This document shows, one piece after another, positions 1 to 11,000 of a stretch of DNA of 64,000 bases. The stretch lies in the IMG/VR virus record IMGVR_UViG_3300006056_000001, positions 1 through 64,000 of that record; one strand, written 5' to 3'. The stretch's first letter is position 1. Every line of letters begins with the position of its first letter. The notes beneath the pieces are model-generated. The model saw nothing but the letters and a program-made list of their open reading frames with translations. It was not told where the DNA came from and did not search any database. The stretch comes from a virus (lineage: Duplodnaviria > Caudoviricetes). Position numbers and translations under genes: made by a program.

Positions 1-479
1 GCAGGAACACTACTTATAATGGCGCCCTTGTCTATAAAATCTTGATTAATAAAATCATCGCCTGCTACTATTACATCTCCTCTAGTAAAGTTACTTAAAA
101 TATTTAAGTCCAATACCATAGAAGCTAATGCATCTGCTCTCTTCTTTATTTCTTCAATAGCTACTTGAGAGTAGTTAAATGCTTTGTTGTTTGCTTTAGA
201 TAGATTACTAAGCTCAATATAAAACCTATTAATATCACTAAATATCTTTTCTAAGTTACTATTATATATCTCTGAACTAGGGGTATCTCCTGTAATTAAT
301 TCTTTAGGAACAAATTTAGCTTTAGATAAAGAGTTATAAAAGTCATTAAATAAAGACAGGGCTTCTGACAAAAGTAAATTACTATCAGACGTAGTTCTAG
401 AAGATAATTGACTTAAAGCGTCTTTTAGCTTTATGATACTTGATTGACTTTCTGATATTAGCTGTACAGTATTAGACAT
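1..479 (-). CDS. Virion structural protein, truncated by the window edge; N-terminus paralogous to 479..3268
   Basis: Not in the ORF track. The ATG at 479 overlaps the upstream TAA (TAATG) and the frame stays open to the edge: MSNTVQLISESQSSIIKLKDALSQLSSRTTSDSNLLLSEALSLFNDFYNSLSKAKFVPKELITGDTPSSEIYNSNLEKIFSDINRFY... Confidence 0.8.
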   Translation of the reverse strand, partial: MSNTVQLISESQSSIIKLKDALSQLSSRTTSDSNLLLSEALSLFNDFYNSLSKAKFVPKELITGDTPSSEIYNSNLEKIFSDINRFYIELSNLSKANNKAFNYSQVAIEEIKKRADALASMVLDLNILSNFTRGDVIVAGDDFINQDFIDKGAIISSVP

Positions 480-3268
480 TAGATTATCAAGTTGTTCATC
501 AGAATTCTGATCTCATTTACTTTAGGGGTTAAACTAGGATTGACGGTGCTGTTGTATCTTAGTGTACCCATAAGTTTTATATAACTCGTTAGCCAGTTAT
601 AGCTTACTCTTATCTCTTGTCCATTAATTTTTTGATTAAAGTATAACTTGTTTCCAGCGTGAATATATTCTATTTCATTATCTTTGCTGCTGGATATACT
701 AAAAGCAGGATGCACAAGAGTCTCATAATTAGTAATATTTTTTGCTTCTTTAGATCCTACTGTAACAGTAATAGGAGTGTATGTAATATCTGACATAGTG
801 TATATCTGCCCATCTGTCTTAACACCTACTCCTATAGAATAGTCTACAGTAAGCTGCCCAGAGACCGGAGAGGATAGCTGGCCGCTGAAAACTTGTCCTG
901 TAGCATAAGAGTCCCATCTACGACATTGGTCCTCTGTGACCTCCAGGGGCTCTTTAAGGAGGAACGTTCTACCGTTAATAAATTGATCTATTTCACAATA
1001 GACATTGCTATCCATTGCTTTTAGATAATAACCAAAGTCTACTCCTTGTATTTCTCCAAAGTAACTTAAGCTTAAGTTAGGATTTCCACTAAGATTTGTA
1101 TAACTTACTCCAGATTGATTTCCCCAAATGCCTGTCAATAAAATACCTGTTAGGCTTCCTTCTTGTATAAGGTTACCAACGTTGTCATATATAGAGGGTA
1201 TAATTCTTAGTTGACCACTAACCACATTTTCTTGTGGAGAGATAAACTTCCAGGTGCTATCATCACTCTTAGTAAAGAACCCTGTCAAATTAATTACTTC
1301 ATAGTTTATGAATGGGTAGTTACTAAGAGTAACCTCATTATTAGAGCCAACTCCTGTAAAAACTTCTGGATTACTTACAGGTTCGCTGTTAAACTTGTCT
1401 AGTATATTTATGTTGTAGCTACTTATATCTACTGCGTAGTCTATAGTGTAGATGCTATTAGTGTCAAAATATTCTCTATTTAAAGTTACTTCTAGTTTAG
1501 GTATTGATCCTGTTACCCTGTAACATTCATAATAGGTTGTAGGGATTACTTCTCCATTCTTTTTTAACCTATATGGAGTACTATAGTAGCCGCCCAATCT
1601 GGTTTGGCCCTTGTAAGAAGACAGGTCAAAGTTTATCTTTTCATCTTTAGCACAAGGAATATTATCTATCTTGTCTACGATATTGGCTGGATGTACTGGT
1701 ATCTTTCTACCATCGCCAATGTCTAGCTCCCATTCTATACTAGTCTTTCTGTAGTCTTCTTGCCACGGAGTATTTGTTTCTACATGATGCGCATCTACTT
1801 CGATTTGTATTTCAGATACTGTAGCTTGTGGTAAGTATTTTTCTGACTCATAGAAAGAAGCAGGATAGTATAGCTGGTGATTTATCTGTACTTCTCTTAT
1901 ACCTAAAAGGTATTCATATTTAGAGACTGTTACGTTTCCTGAGTCTGGTTGCTGCAGCGGCTCATTTGAAGCTAACTGATTAGCTAATACATCTATGCTT
2001 TGTGATGTAAGATCTGAATAAGCCAACTGTAAGATCTCATTTAATTTATTATAGTATTCAATACTAGGCTGTACAGTAAGATCTAATCCATATTCATTAA
2101 ATAATGTTTCTAAATCTTTAACTACTTTTTGATAAGTAGTTCTGCTGTTAAGTACATATAAAGAAAAGTCAGAATCAAAAACATTGTTACTTATTGTTTT
2201 AAATGTTCTTTCTTTGAGTATTTGTTGGAATAGCTCTCTATTTGTTACTAAGTTTTTAGGAAGTAAGTAAGATACTTTCTTATAATTTTCTTGTGCTATT
2301 GTGATTCTTACTTCATTTGTTATAATAGGATTAAAATTATATTCTTCCCAATCTAAAGTTGTAGATTCTTTAAACCCATCTATTGGAATAAATATTTGAG
2401 AAGAGTTACTAGCTCTATAAGAGATGTCAACTATTCTAGTTGAGTACTCAGAAAAAGGCAATATTTTTATTGTGTTAATCTTTTCTGCATGAGAGAACTT
2501 AAAGTAGATCTCTACAACAGGGCCTTCTACAGAAACTTGATATTCATTATTACCTGTATTTTTTTGATAGACTTGAGATATAGGAGCATCTGCTAGAATA
2601 GATGTAGCCCAAAAAGTTTCTGCTTTTTGATCTACCATGTTCTCTAGAGGAAATAAAGAAGATAGATCTCCTTTTAATCCCGGGCTATATGTTTTAGTAT
2701 ATATCTTAGTATTTCTAGTTGTTCTATTTAAAAGATGTACTCTATTATTTATTAAAGGTTTTAATTCTAATACTCTTACTTCTGGACTAACTACTGCAAT
2801 AGGTTGCTTCTTAGATTGATTTGAAGATGAATTAAAGTCTATTAACTTAACTTCATTAAACTCAGGCCTCTTTCTTTTGAGAGCATATACTTTAACATCA
2901 TTTATCAATTTTTCAATAGCTGCTTTGGATTTATAGTAGTCACTATTTAAACTAATATTTTGATTAGTTATATCTTTAGCAAAAGAATCTATGGAATTAT
3001 ATAAAGCACTAAGATCTAAGAAGATCTCTTCCATGTTCTTGTTAATCATTTCAGAAGAAATCTTGCTGTCTCTAAGAGCATACGAAGGATTAAGACAAGG
3101 CTTTCTTAAATTACTTTTAATTCTATTAAATATAATATTAGCTTCTTGTTCTTTAGCTCTATTACTAAGTAGTTCTCCAGCAGATACCTTAGCTGCTATT
3201 AAAGATTTAATAGCTATCTTTTGATAGTCTGGTAAAACAGAAATTATTTTGTCTAAGAAATTAACCAT
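479..3268 (-). CDS. Large virion structural protein of the baseplate/fibre region (929 aa); helical N-terminus followed by beta-sandwich (discoidin-like) domains
   Basis: Long ORF in the structural operon. N-terminal SSEMINKNMEEIFLDL helix; LENMVDQKAETFW and IYFKFSHAEKINTIKILPF resemble an F5/8-type C (discoidin) pattern; ends in SLTPKVNEIRI. Confidence 0.6.
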   Translation of the reverse strand: MVNFLDKIISVLPDYQKIAIKSLIAAKVSAGELLSNRAKEQEANIIFNRIKSNLRKPCLNPSYALRDSKISSEMINKNMEEIFLDLSALYNSIDSFAKDITNQNISLNSDYYKSKAAIEKLINDVKVYALKRKRPEFNEVKLIDFNSSSNQSKKQPIAVVSPEVRVLELKPLINNRVHLLNRTTRNTKIYTKTYSPGLKGDLSSLFPLENMVDQKAETFWATSILADAPISQVYQKNTGNNEYQVSVEGPVVEIYFKFSHAEKINTIKILPFSEYSTRIVDISYRASNSSQIFIPIDGFKESTTLDWEEYNFNPIITNEVRITIAQENYKKVSYLLPKNLVTNRELFQQILKERTFKTISNNVFDSDFSLYVLNSRTTYQKVVKDLETLFNEYGLDLTVQPSIEYYNKLNEILQLAYSDLTSQSIDVLANQLASNEPLQQPDSGNVTVSKYEYLLGIREVQINHQLYYPASFYESEKYLPQATVSEIQIEVDAHHVETNTPWQEDYRKTSIEWELDIGDGRKIPVHPANIVDKIDNIPCAKDEKINFDLSSYKGQTRLGGYYSTPYRLKKNGEVIPTTYYECYRVTGSIPKLEVTLNREYFDTNSIYTIDYAVDISSYNINILDKFNSEPVSNPEVFTGVGSNNEVTLSNYPFINYEVINLTGFFTKSDDSTWKFISPQENVVSGQLRIIPSIYDNVGNLIQEGSLTGILLTGIWGNQSGVSYTNLSGNPNLSLSYFGEIQGVDFGYYLKAMDSNVYCEIDQFINGRTFLLKEPLEVTEDQCRRWDSYATGQVFSGQLSSPVSGQLTVDYSIGVGVKTDGQIYTMSDITYTPITVTVGSKEAKNITNYETLVHPAFSISSSKDNEIEYIHAGNKLYFNQKINGQEIRVSYNWLTSYIKLMGTLRYNSTVNPSLTPKVNEIRILMNNLII

Positions 3269-6200
3269 TTATGTCAAGCCGAGTTACAATGTTGTTTACT
3301 AAGGTTCCCCATCCTGTGAAGAAAGTATTATATTTCTTATAGTCTACTTCTCCACTTATTGTCCAAGCGGTGCCTGTAAGATAATTATTTGAATTCCAAG
3401 TGTTTATATATGTGTTTAAGCTTTGTTGTTCATAGTTTGTTAATATGGAGGGTACATAATAATTTGTTAAAGAGCTATTAGAAGTATTGTAGTAATTTAA
3501 ACTATTACTTACTTCCTCTATTACTTTAATTTTGTACTTGTCTTCTTCAGATTCTGCATCAAAAGACCAGTCCGCTATATCCTCTAATACATTAACGCTA
3601 GTATAAGAAGGCTTATAATTGTCTGGGTAGAAGTAGACATCTGTGAACTTTCTTCTAACACTTGCTTGTCCAGTAAGGGTTATGCCACTAGCTAAAGATA
3701 GTAGAGCATCTAATTGTCTTGGATTTCTAGTAGTATTGTCTGTATACAGAAGACCATAACTAGATCCACTGACAATTTGTAAGTTAGAGAATATGATGGG
3801 CAGTGATCTATTTTTTGATCTATTTGCAGCAAGTCCATAATCTCCAAACATACTATCTCCATAGTTGTTAAGTATTAATTTCTTTCCTGTATATGGAATA
3901 TAATCAATATACTTGTCAAATAAAGGATCTAAAGATATAGATAAGAAATCTATTCTAGGATTAGAAGTAATACTATTAGTGTTATACACATCAGAAGAAT
4001 ACTGAAGAACCGCTTCTGTTATATTTGGCAGAGGATCAGTTAGAACAGTGATTACTTTAAAGTCATTTTTATCTGGTTTGCTATAATGTACAGGGGCATT
4101 ATATATAATAGGAGTAGAAGTAAATATATCAATTAAATAAGCAATAGAGTTGTAGGTTATTTGAGAAGTAGCATAAGGAGCTGGACTTCTAACTATGTCC
4201 CAAGCAAGAAGTGCAGGATGAGAGTCATATCCTGATAATAGTTCCATTACATACCGTTCACCTGAGAAGGCACCAGACATGAAACTAGGTTCCATATATC
4301 CAGCATATGTGTAGTATCCACTTTCCATACTTGATACATATCCTGTTATATTTCCTGTAGCTACTTGTGTTCCACCATCTTCTAATAGAGACGGTATTAT
4401 TCTTATATTGTTTTCAAAACACGTTTCAAATAAATGATCTAAAGAATTAAATAAAGAGCTAGGACTGTGTTTCCAATACATGTAGTCAATAGGAAGTTGG
4501 ATAGTATTTATTCCATTATTTTTTAATAATTGTATAGAGCTTTCTACTTCTCCACTGTTATAGTTTTTGTAGAAAGATAAAGTAGACCCAGTTACATTTG
4601 GTCTAAAGAATGCGCCTCTTAAGTTAGATAATGAACTGTGTATTGGCTCCCACTCTTCTGTCTCTTCTTTAGTTAGCTCTAAGTATATCTTAGTTAGTCC
4701 ACCTAAGATATCAAGTTCTTTTCCATTTATTAAACTTTGCTTATAGGGATCGTTGTAATAAAGACCACCGGTGTAATATGTATTTGTTAAAGTTGTTATG
4801 TAACTTTCTGCAATTCCTTTCCAAGAGTTATTTAATCTGACCGCTTGAGAGATAGGATATAAAACTTTAACAGGTATGTTATCACCAAATGGACCCCTGT
4901 CATTATTTATAGTAGTTGTTTCATAGATATTGCCATCTTCTGTTATAGTATTTTTTACTAACTGTTTGGTTGCAAAATCAAATAAGGTTCTATACTTTTC
5001 TCTCTTGTCAGTACTATATGTTTTACTTATTAGATTATAGTTTTTATTCCAATTGTTTACATACCAACCATAAGCATATACAGAGAAGCAAACGTTCGGG
5101 TCTACTATGCCTCCTCTTAGTACACAGTTGTAAGTTAGATCATATCCTGCTTCTAAGCAATTCTCTATATCTAAGAACATGCTTCTTAAAGCAGAATAGT
5201 CTGTTCCACTATTTTGATTAATAGTATCTACGTAATCTAAATTGTTATTATACTTGTAGCAATATTCATAAGTATCAATTAAATTGAATAGATTAAATCC
5301 AAAGTAATTTCCAAGCCTGTTGTGGTTTATAAACCAATGAGTAGATATAGGAAGGCCTGATAAAGTTCTTTGTCCATTTAATCCAGTTTGTATATTATCT
5401 ATGACACTATTTTTTGCTATGTTATATATTTGAGAATATATAGAAGAAGTACATTCTCCTGTATAGCCTAAAAGACTTGAGTATACACTAGAAAGCCCGT
5501 TGGTGTAAAGGTAATCATAGTTGTATCCAGGAGATATTTCTGATAAAGAACCTCCTATAGAGATAGAATAAGGTACATATAGACCTGAGAAAGAATCATT
5601 TAATATTCCACTACTTAAGTTTTTAGGTATGTAATACCAAACAGGAGGCAAGCAAGGACCAAATGAACCATATAATCCAGAAGAATAAAATAGTTTATTT
5701 AGTAGTCCTGTTGTAGCAGTGAATCCAGTACCATCTAGTAAGGACCAGTCTTCTTTAGAATGTTCTAATATTTTAGATACCGACTTTATCTGAGACTCAA
5801 AATCAAAAGAAATCTTACCATAGTTGTCTCCTACCGCAAAGTAAGAATCACTATTATGTAAGTAGTATTTATAGTAGTGACCTGAAGTATATGTTCCTGA
5901 CAATATAGAACGGCCGACCTTTCTTATTTCTTCTTTTACTGAATCTATATTTGTGTCTAGTACATTAAACAAAGGACTATAGACATAAGGACTTAAAACA
6001 TAGTCTGCAACATCACTTGTTGTACTCTTGTCTACACTATTGTAGACACTATATATTTGATCGTTTGTTCCTTTTTGTTCAAATATTGTATTTACTATTT
6101 CAGTAATTTGATTCTTTATTTTACTAGTTAGGTCGCCCGTCTTGTAAGGACTATGTACTCTTATGTTTTTATATTCTTTAGTTACTCCAGGATTACTGAA

Positions 6201-8000
6201 AGACAATGTAGACTTTATAAGTTGGCCTGTTGGCGCTTCTTTAAAATCAAGATATGTCTTATCTGTCCATGCAGAATATATGCTTTCTGAAGAAACACCA
6301 GTAATTTCTAGTAGTGTTCTTTCTTCCCAAGAAACACCTGCTATCTCTGTGCTCTTTAAATAATCTACGTAGACCTGTTCTTCTGAATTTATTCTAAGAA
6401 TATTTTTATTTTCACTAACCTTAACAGGAATAAGATAGCTAAAATTACTCCAGTCTCCACTATAGGTTGTAGGTATAGGAGGAAGTTCTTTAGACCATCC
6501 TGCTCCAGAGACAATAGCTTCTATACTATTGGCTATAGTTCCTGTGGAACTATTTTCATTTACTTCTTCTAAATCAAGATTATAAGTACAAGAAATTTGC
6601 TCACTTGCTCCAGTGATGCCTGGTAGATCTCTTGAACTAAAATGTACAGAAGGATAAATACCAGCGGCAATAAATTTACTTGCTTTTTGTTTTATTTCCT
6701 TTATAGATAACAATTCTTGTAAATCTTCTGGAAGATCTACTGCTACTGCGGCGGCTCCAGGGTATGCTTCACCGTCCATGTTTCCTATATCCCAGAATCT
6801 ATAGCTCTCCTCATATAGTTTTTCTATTGGTGTTTCTTTAGATTCAATAGGACTTTCAAGAGTATGTATTGGACTCTTTGGACCAGAAGGACGGCGCAGG
6901 CCACCACCTTTAGCTCTAGTATCAAGAATAGATATCTTGTCTGTTGAGAATAGCTGTTGGATATTATAGGCCCCAATTATGGCTACTGGAGAAGAAGGAT
7001 CTTCTAGCTGTATAGATCCAATTGCTTGGTCTATAGAGTCTCCTACTGTATGGAATACTGTCTTCTTATTTGCTGTTAAAGAGCCTTCTGCAGGAATCAT
7101 ATAAAGTACAACGTACTTATCTATAATTAAAGGATTCTGACAGAAGTGTCCGTTAATGTTAATATTCTTATAAACAAAAGAATTTTCTAAATATGTGTAA
7201 TCTAAAGTAAGATCTTCTCCAGGATTAAAAGAGGGATCTAGATAAATTAGACCGTTATTAATATCTATGTCCTGTATTACTCCACTAGGAACTACAGTGT
7301 CCCCTCTGTAAAGAGTAATGTTTTCTCCATTCCAATATACAGGGAATCTAGGTAATTGGTAAATACCTACATCTACATAAGAGGGTTGTATTCCTTTTAG
7401 GTCTTTAAAAGGCTTACCAAATACAGGAGACCAAACTTGTTGATCAAATTCTTTAATATAAAAGTGATACAGTGTCCCATTGTACTTTTGTGAGAAGCTT
7501 CCATTAGAGACTCTTGGGTACCAAGGTAGCGATGGATCTTCTATATAAGGATTGAGTAATTTTATTTTACTATTGTTTTTATGTTTTACTATAATTTTTT
7601 TACATCTTAATACAATACCATTACTTGTAATTCTATCATTGACTGTAAATCCATTTGGTATTTCTACATACCCACTTGATGTACTAAGTATATCTCCTGT
7701 CTCAAGAATATCTATATTAGAAAGTAATTTAGCCTTTAAAGGAATATTTAAAGCATTTATTTCAGACACTACAGTCTCTGTAGATTTACCTACGAAAGAG
7801 ACACTGTAGTTGTTTATAATGCTTGCTATGTATCTAATAGCAATCACTGTAGCAGCCGGGGCTACTTGGACTAATAGCTTAGTATCCGAACTATTAGTTG
7901 GATATAAAGCAATGCAAGGAACAGGCCTTGTCATTTTGTTGACAAGTACCTGTCTTGCAAATTCAATATTTTGATTATTAAATGCTGCCACTGTAGCCAC
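3261..8000 (-). CDS. Baseplate-associated structural protein (1579 aa) with a C-terminal GH5-like (clan GH-A) TIM barrel
   Basis: N-terminal part has LPWYPRVSNGSF, DTRAKGGG and FWDIGNMDGEAYP. At ~3700-4625, LRGAFF...LLKNNGINTIQL...LDHLFETCFENNIRIIPSL...YDSHPALLAWDIVRSP...KKLILNNYG follows the GH5 strand order. Confidence 0.6.
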   Translation of the reverse strand: MATVAAFNNQNIEFARQVLVNKMTRPVPCIALYPTNSSDTKLLVQVAPAATVIAIRYIASIINNYSVSFVGKSTETVVSEINALNIPLKAKLLSNIDILETGDILSTSSGYVEIPNGFTVNDRITSNGIVLRCKKIIVKHKNNSKIKLLNPYIEDPSLPWYPRVSNGSFSQKYNGTLYHFYIKEFDQQVWSPVFGKPFKDLKGIQPSYVDVGIYQLPRFPVYWNGENITLYRGDTVVPSGVIQDIDINNGLIYLDPSFNPGEDLTLDYTYLENSFVYKNININGHFCQNPLIIDKYVVLYMIPAEGSLTANKKTVFHTVGDSIDQAIGSIQLEDPSSPVAIIGAYNIQQLFSTDKISILDTRAKGGGLRRPSGPKSPIHTLESPIESKETPIEKLYEESYRFWDIGNMDGEAYPGAAAVAVDLPEDLQELLSIKEIKQKASKFIAAGIYPSVHFSSRDLPGITGASEQISCTYNLDLEEVNENSSTGTIANSIEAIVSGAGWSKELPPIPTTYSGDWSNFSYLIPVKVSENKNILRINSEEQVYVDYLKSTEIAGVSWEERTLLEITGVSSESIYSAWTDKTYLDFKEAPTGQLIKSTLSFSNPGVTKEYKNIRVHSPYKTGDLTSKIKNQITEIVNTIFEQKGTNDQIYSVYNSVDKSTTSDVADYVLSPYVYSPLFNVLDTNIDSVKEEIRKVGRSILSGTYTSGHYYKYYLHNSDSYFAVGDNYGKISFDFESQIKSVSKILEHSKEDWSLLDGTGFTATTGLLNKLFYSSGLYGSFGPCLPPVWYYIPKNLSSGILNDSFSGLYVPYSISIGGSLSEISPGYNYDYLYTNGLSSVYSSLLGYTGECTSSIYSQIYNIAKNSVIDNIQTGLNGQRTLSGLPISTHWFINHNRLGNYFGFNLFNLIDTYEYCYKYNNNLDYVDTINQNSGTDYSALRSMFLDIENCLEAGYDLTYNCVLRGGIVDPNVCFSVYAYGWYVNNWNKNYNLISKTYSTDKREKYRTLFDFATKQLVKNTITEDGNIYETTTINNDRGPFGDNIPVKVLYPISQAVRLNNSWKGIAESYITTLTNTYYTGGLYYNDPYKQSLINGKELDILGGLTKIYLELTKEETEEWEPIHSSLSNLRGAFFRPNVTGSTLSFYKNYNSGEVESSIQLLKNNGINTIQLPIDYMYWKHSPSSLFNSLDHLFETCFENNIRIIPSLLEDGGTQVATGNITGYVSSMESGYYTYAGYMEPSFMSGAFSGERYVMELLSGYDSHPALLAWDIVRSPAPYATSQITYNSIAYLIDIFTSTPIIYNAPVHYSKPDKNDFKVITVLTDPLPNITEAVLQYSSDVYNTNSITSNPRIDFLSISLDPLFDKYIDYIPYTGKKLILNNYGDSMFGDYGLAANRSKNRSLPIIFSNLQIVSGSSYGLLYTDNTTRNPRQLDALLSLASGITLTGQASVRRKFTDVYFYPDNYKPSYTSVNVLEDIADWSFDAESEEDKYKIKVIEEVSNSLNYYNTSNSSLTNYYVPSILTNYEQQSLNTYINTWNSNNYLTGTAWTISGEVDYKKYNTFFTGWGTLVNNIVTRLDING

Positions 8001-11000
8001 TATTTATTCCATACAGACACAAATCAAAATAACTATTTGTGTTTAGATTCAAATCATAAACTCCAAGTTTAGGAGATTCACTATAATGTCTTTCTCTAAA
8101 TATAGGCATTGGATTTATAATTTCTTTATGTCCAGGAATTATATTATCATTAGAATCATATGCAGTATAGTGTACAAATAATGATTCTCCTTCTACTCTA
8201 TTTTTATTTAATAGAAGGACAACACTAAATACGCCGTCGGGTAATATGTATCCTGTGCTTGTTGTATTTTGATTATCTAAGTATAGAGAAGTAGAATTTT
8301 TGATAATGGTCTCTATAATATTTGAGTTATAAGGACTTATACTTATATCATATGGATATGTATTTTTATCTATAACTTCTCCTTTTCGATTCTTTATACT
8401 TATAGATTCTTTTATTCTCTCCAGATTTGCGATATACATTTCTGGAACGGTTCCTGTACTATATGTATTTAATTGCCCTGTGTAGTGCGGATATGCTCCT
8501 GGAATCTGTACATACTTATCTCCTCTGCCTATTAAATAATAGTAATAGGCCGGATAGCCTTCGTCCATATTAATGTCAGAAATAATACAATTAGTTATGT
8601 TAACATCTGCAGAAACTACTTGTCCAGATATTACTACATTAAACATTCCTGTGTATAGGCCTGAATTAGTTCCTGATAAAGTACTTAGTGTAAATACACC
8701 ATCTCCAATCAAATATTCTCCATCTTTATAGTTTATTAAATTATTGACATTGCTGTCTGAAAGATCTATGGTAGATACACTAGAAGGAACTGTATGGGAA
8801 GGACTACTATATCTTGCAATGTTTATAGCATTGTCAGGAACTTTATTACCAAGTCTAATAGGAGAGTCTGTTCTACCAAATAACTTGTCTACTTGTTCTG
8901 TATCATATGCTATTGAATATGTTGTTACTTCTTTAAAAGGAGTATTGTCATATGCAGTAATGCCTTGTAATCTAGGTATTAAATCATATGTATTATGGTA
9001 TGCTAAAGAGAAGTACCTATTTGAATTTCCTGTAGTAGGACCTAATATAAAGTACCCGTCTTTGTAGTTATCAAATACTTGTTCTCCACTTACAGGAAGT
9101 GAATCTTCTATTACTACTTGATATCTGCCTCCCTTGTCTCCTGTAGTCCAATAATCTCCAGTTGTAGGTTGGCTATTATATATATGTGGTATAGCAATAT
9201 TAAACAAGGACTGATCCATACCTACAAAATTAAAACTAGATCCAGTATTATATAAGACATATCCGGCTGTACCAGTTACAACTTTTGTATTGTATCCTGT
9301 TATGCTGCCTAGGTAGCTTGTGGTTACTCCTGTCGCTGTTAAAGATTTGACTCCAGTATGTATTAAATTTACATAGAAGTAGTTCCAATCACCGCTAGTT
9401 AATGTATGTCCTGTATGAGAATACTGTAAAGTATTACTGTTATTGTATTTGTTAGAAACCAGTTGGTATCCAGTATTTAATAATAGTTCTAATCTATTTA
9501 AATTACTATCATTGGTATACTTGAAGAACGTTCCTGTTGTTCTAGGATACATCCATCCAAGTATAGCAAAACTATTATCATTACATCCAGAGCAGTATTT
9601 TGCATCTGCATCTGCAGTTATAGTAAGACCTAATTCTTCATTACTTGTATTAATATAATTATAAGAACTAGAATAAGTGGCTATACCTAAAGTACCTGGA
9701 CTTAATCTGGTACTATAAAGATTTTCACCATAAGGAGTATTTAATTCGCTGTCTGAACTTCCACTTAATAGCAAGTGGTTCCTCATAGGTCCTCTGTCCC
9801 ATCCAGGATACCCTGGGGAAGAGAAGTTATAGTAAGACCCCATATGTAGGTCTTTTCCTGCTTTATTATCTTTTATTATACCAGACTCAAATATAGAATC
9901 TGGTCCAGATTTAAATAAGACATCTGGTATGAAGTAAGGAGGTAGTCTATTATTTTTAATAGCTACTTCTACTTCTGTTTCACTAACAGGATTACTTGTT
10001 ACTTTTACACCATCTACTCGGCCATACACCCCGGACATCAATGTTAGTTTAAATGGTTGAGAGCCGTTGGTAAGTATTCTACTATTTGGAGGACAGGCTT
10101 GTCCATAAAGGTTTCCAATAGTTGGCCATTCTAAAGGAGAGAAGTCTTTATTGCCTATTAATTTTCCATCTACACCTAACCACAATTTATTAGTTGAAGC
10201 ACAGTTCATGGCTTCCGGACTACCTCCTTGTGCTAATACAGACATGCCACTATAGTAGTGATTGTCATGGTATATTGAGAAATTGGTCCACTTACCTAAT
10301 GGGAAAGGAACAATAGATTTTACATACCCTGTAAATATAATATTTCCATAACTATCTAAAGAGTCACATACTAAATCTACATGTCCGCTTAGGTAGCCAT
10401 ACCTATCTATAGATATAGAAATACCATTATTGTTATCTAATAAGTTTAAAAGTAAACCAGTATCTTCTGGGTAAGAATCTAAATAAATACTACTAGATAT
10501 ACTAATAGAATTATTAGTCGAGGCTTGTGACCCAGACTGTTCACTTAGACCTACGTCATGATTATCTAAAACTACTCCGGTTGTGGTTATATAACAAGAT
10601 GTATAAGGACTTACTGTAAAGTTATCTACACTAAATTTATATTCTTCTGCAACATATCCAGAAGGAATGTATAAAGAAACATTTAACAAATTATTAGTAC
10701 TTGTAGTCTTTACACTTACTGGAGCAAAAGACCTATAGTAGTCACCTGGGATATAATATTCTTTTATATTACTTCCAGAGATTAATAAAGAAAGTCCTTT
10801 TCCTTTTTCCACCATTAGATCAAATGTGACATCTAGTTGTCCAGTAGCTATACCATCTGGTACTTCTAGTTGTAATCCAACTCTTCCTTGGTGTGTATTG
10901 ACAGAAGGATATACATAGACACTTTGTACATACTCTTCATTAGATGTACTTTGTTGTCCTAAGTATTGTTTTATTCGATTAGCTCTTGCTTGGTTTTCTG

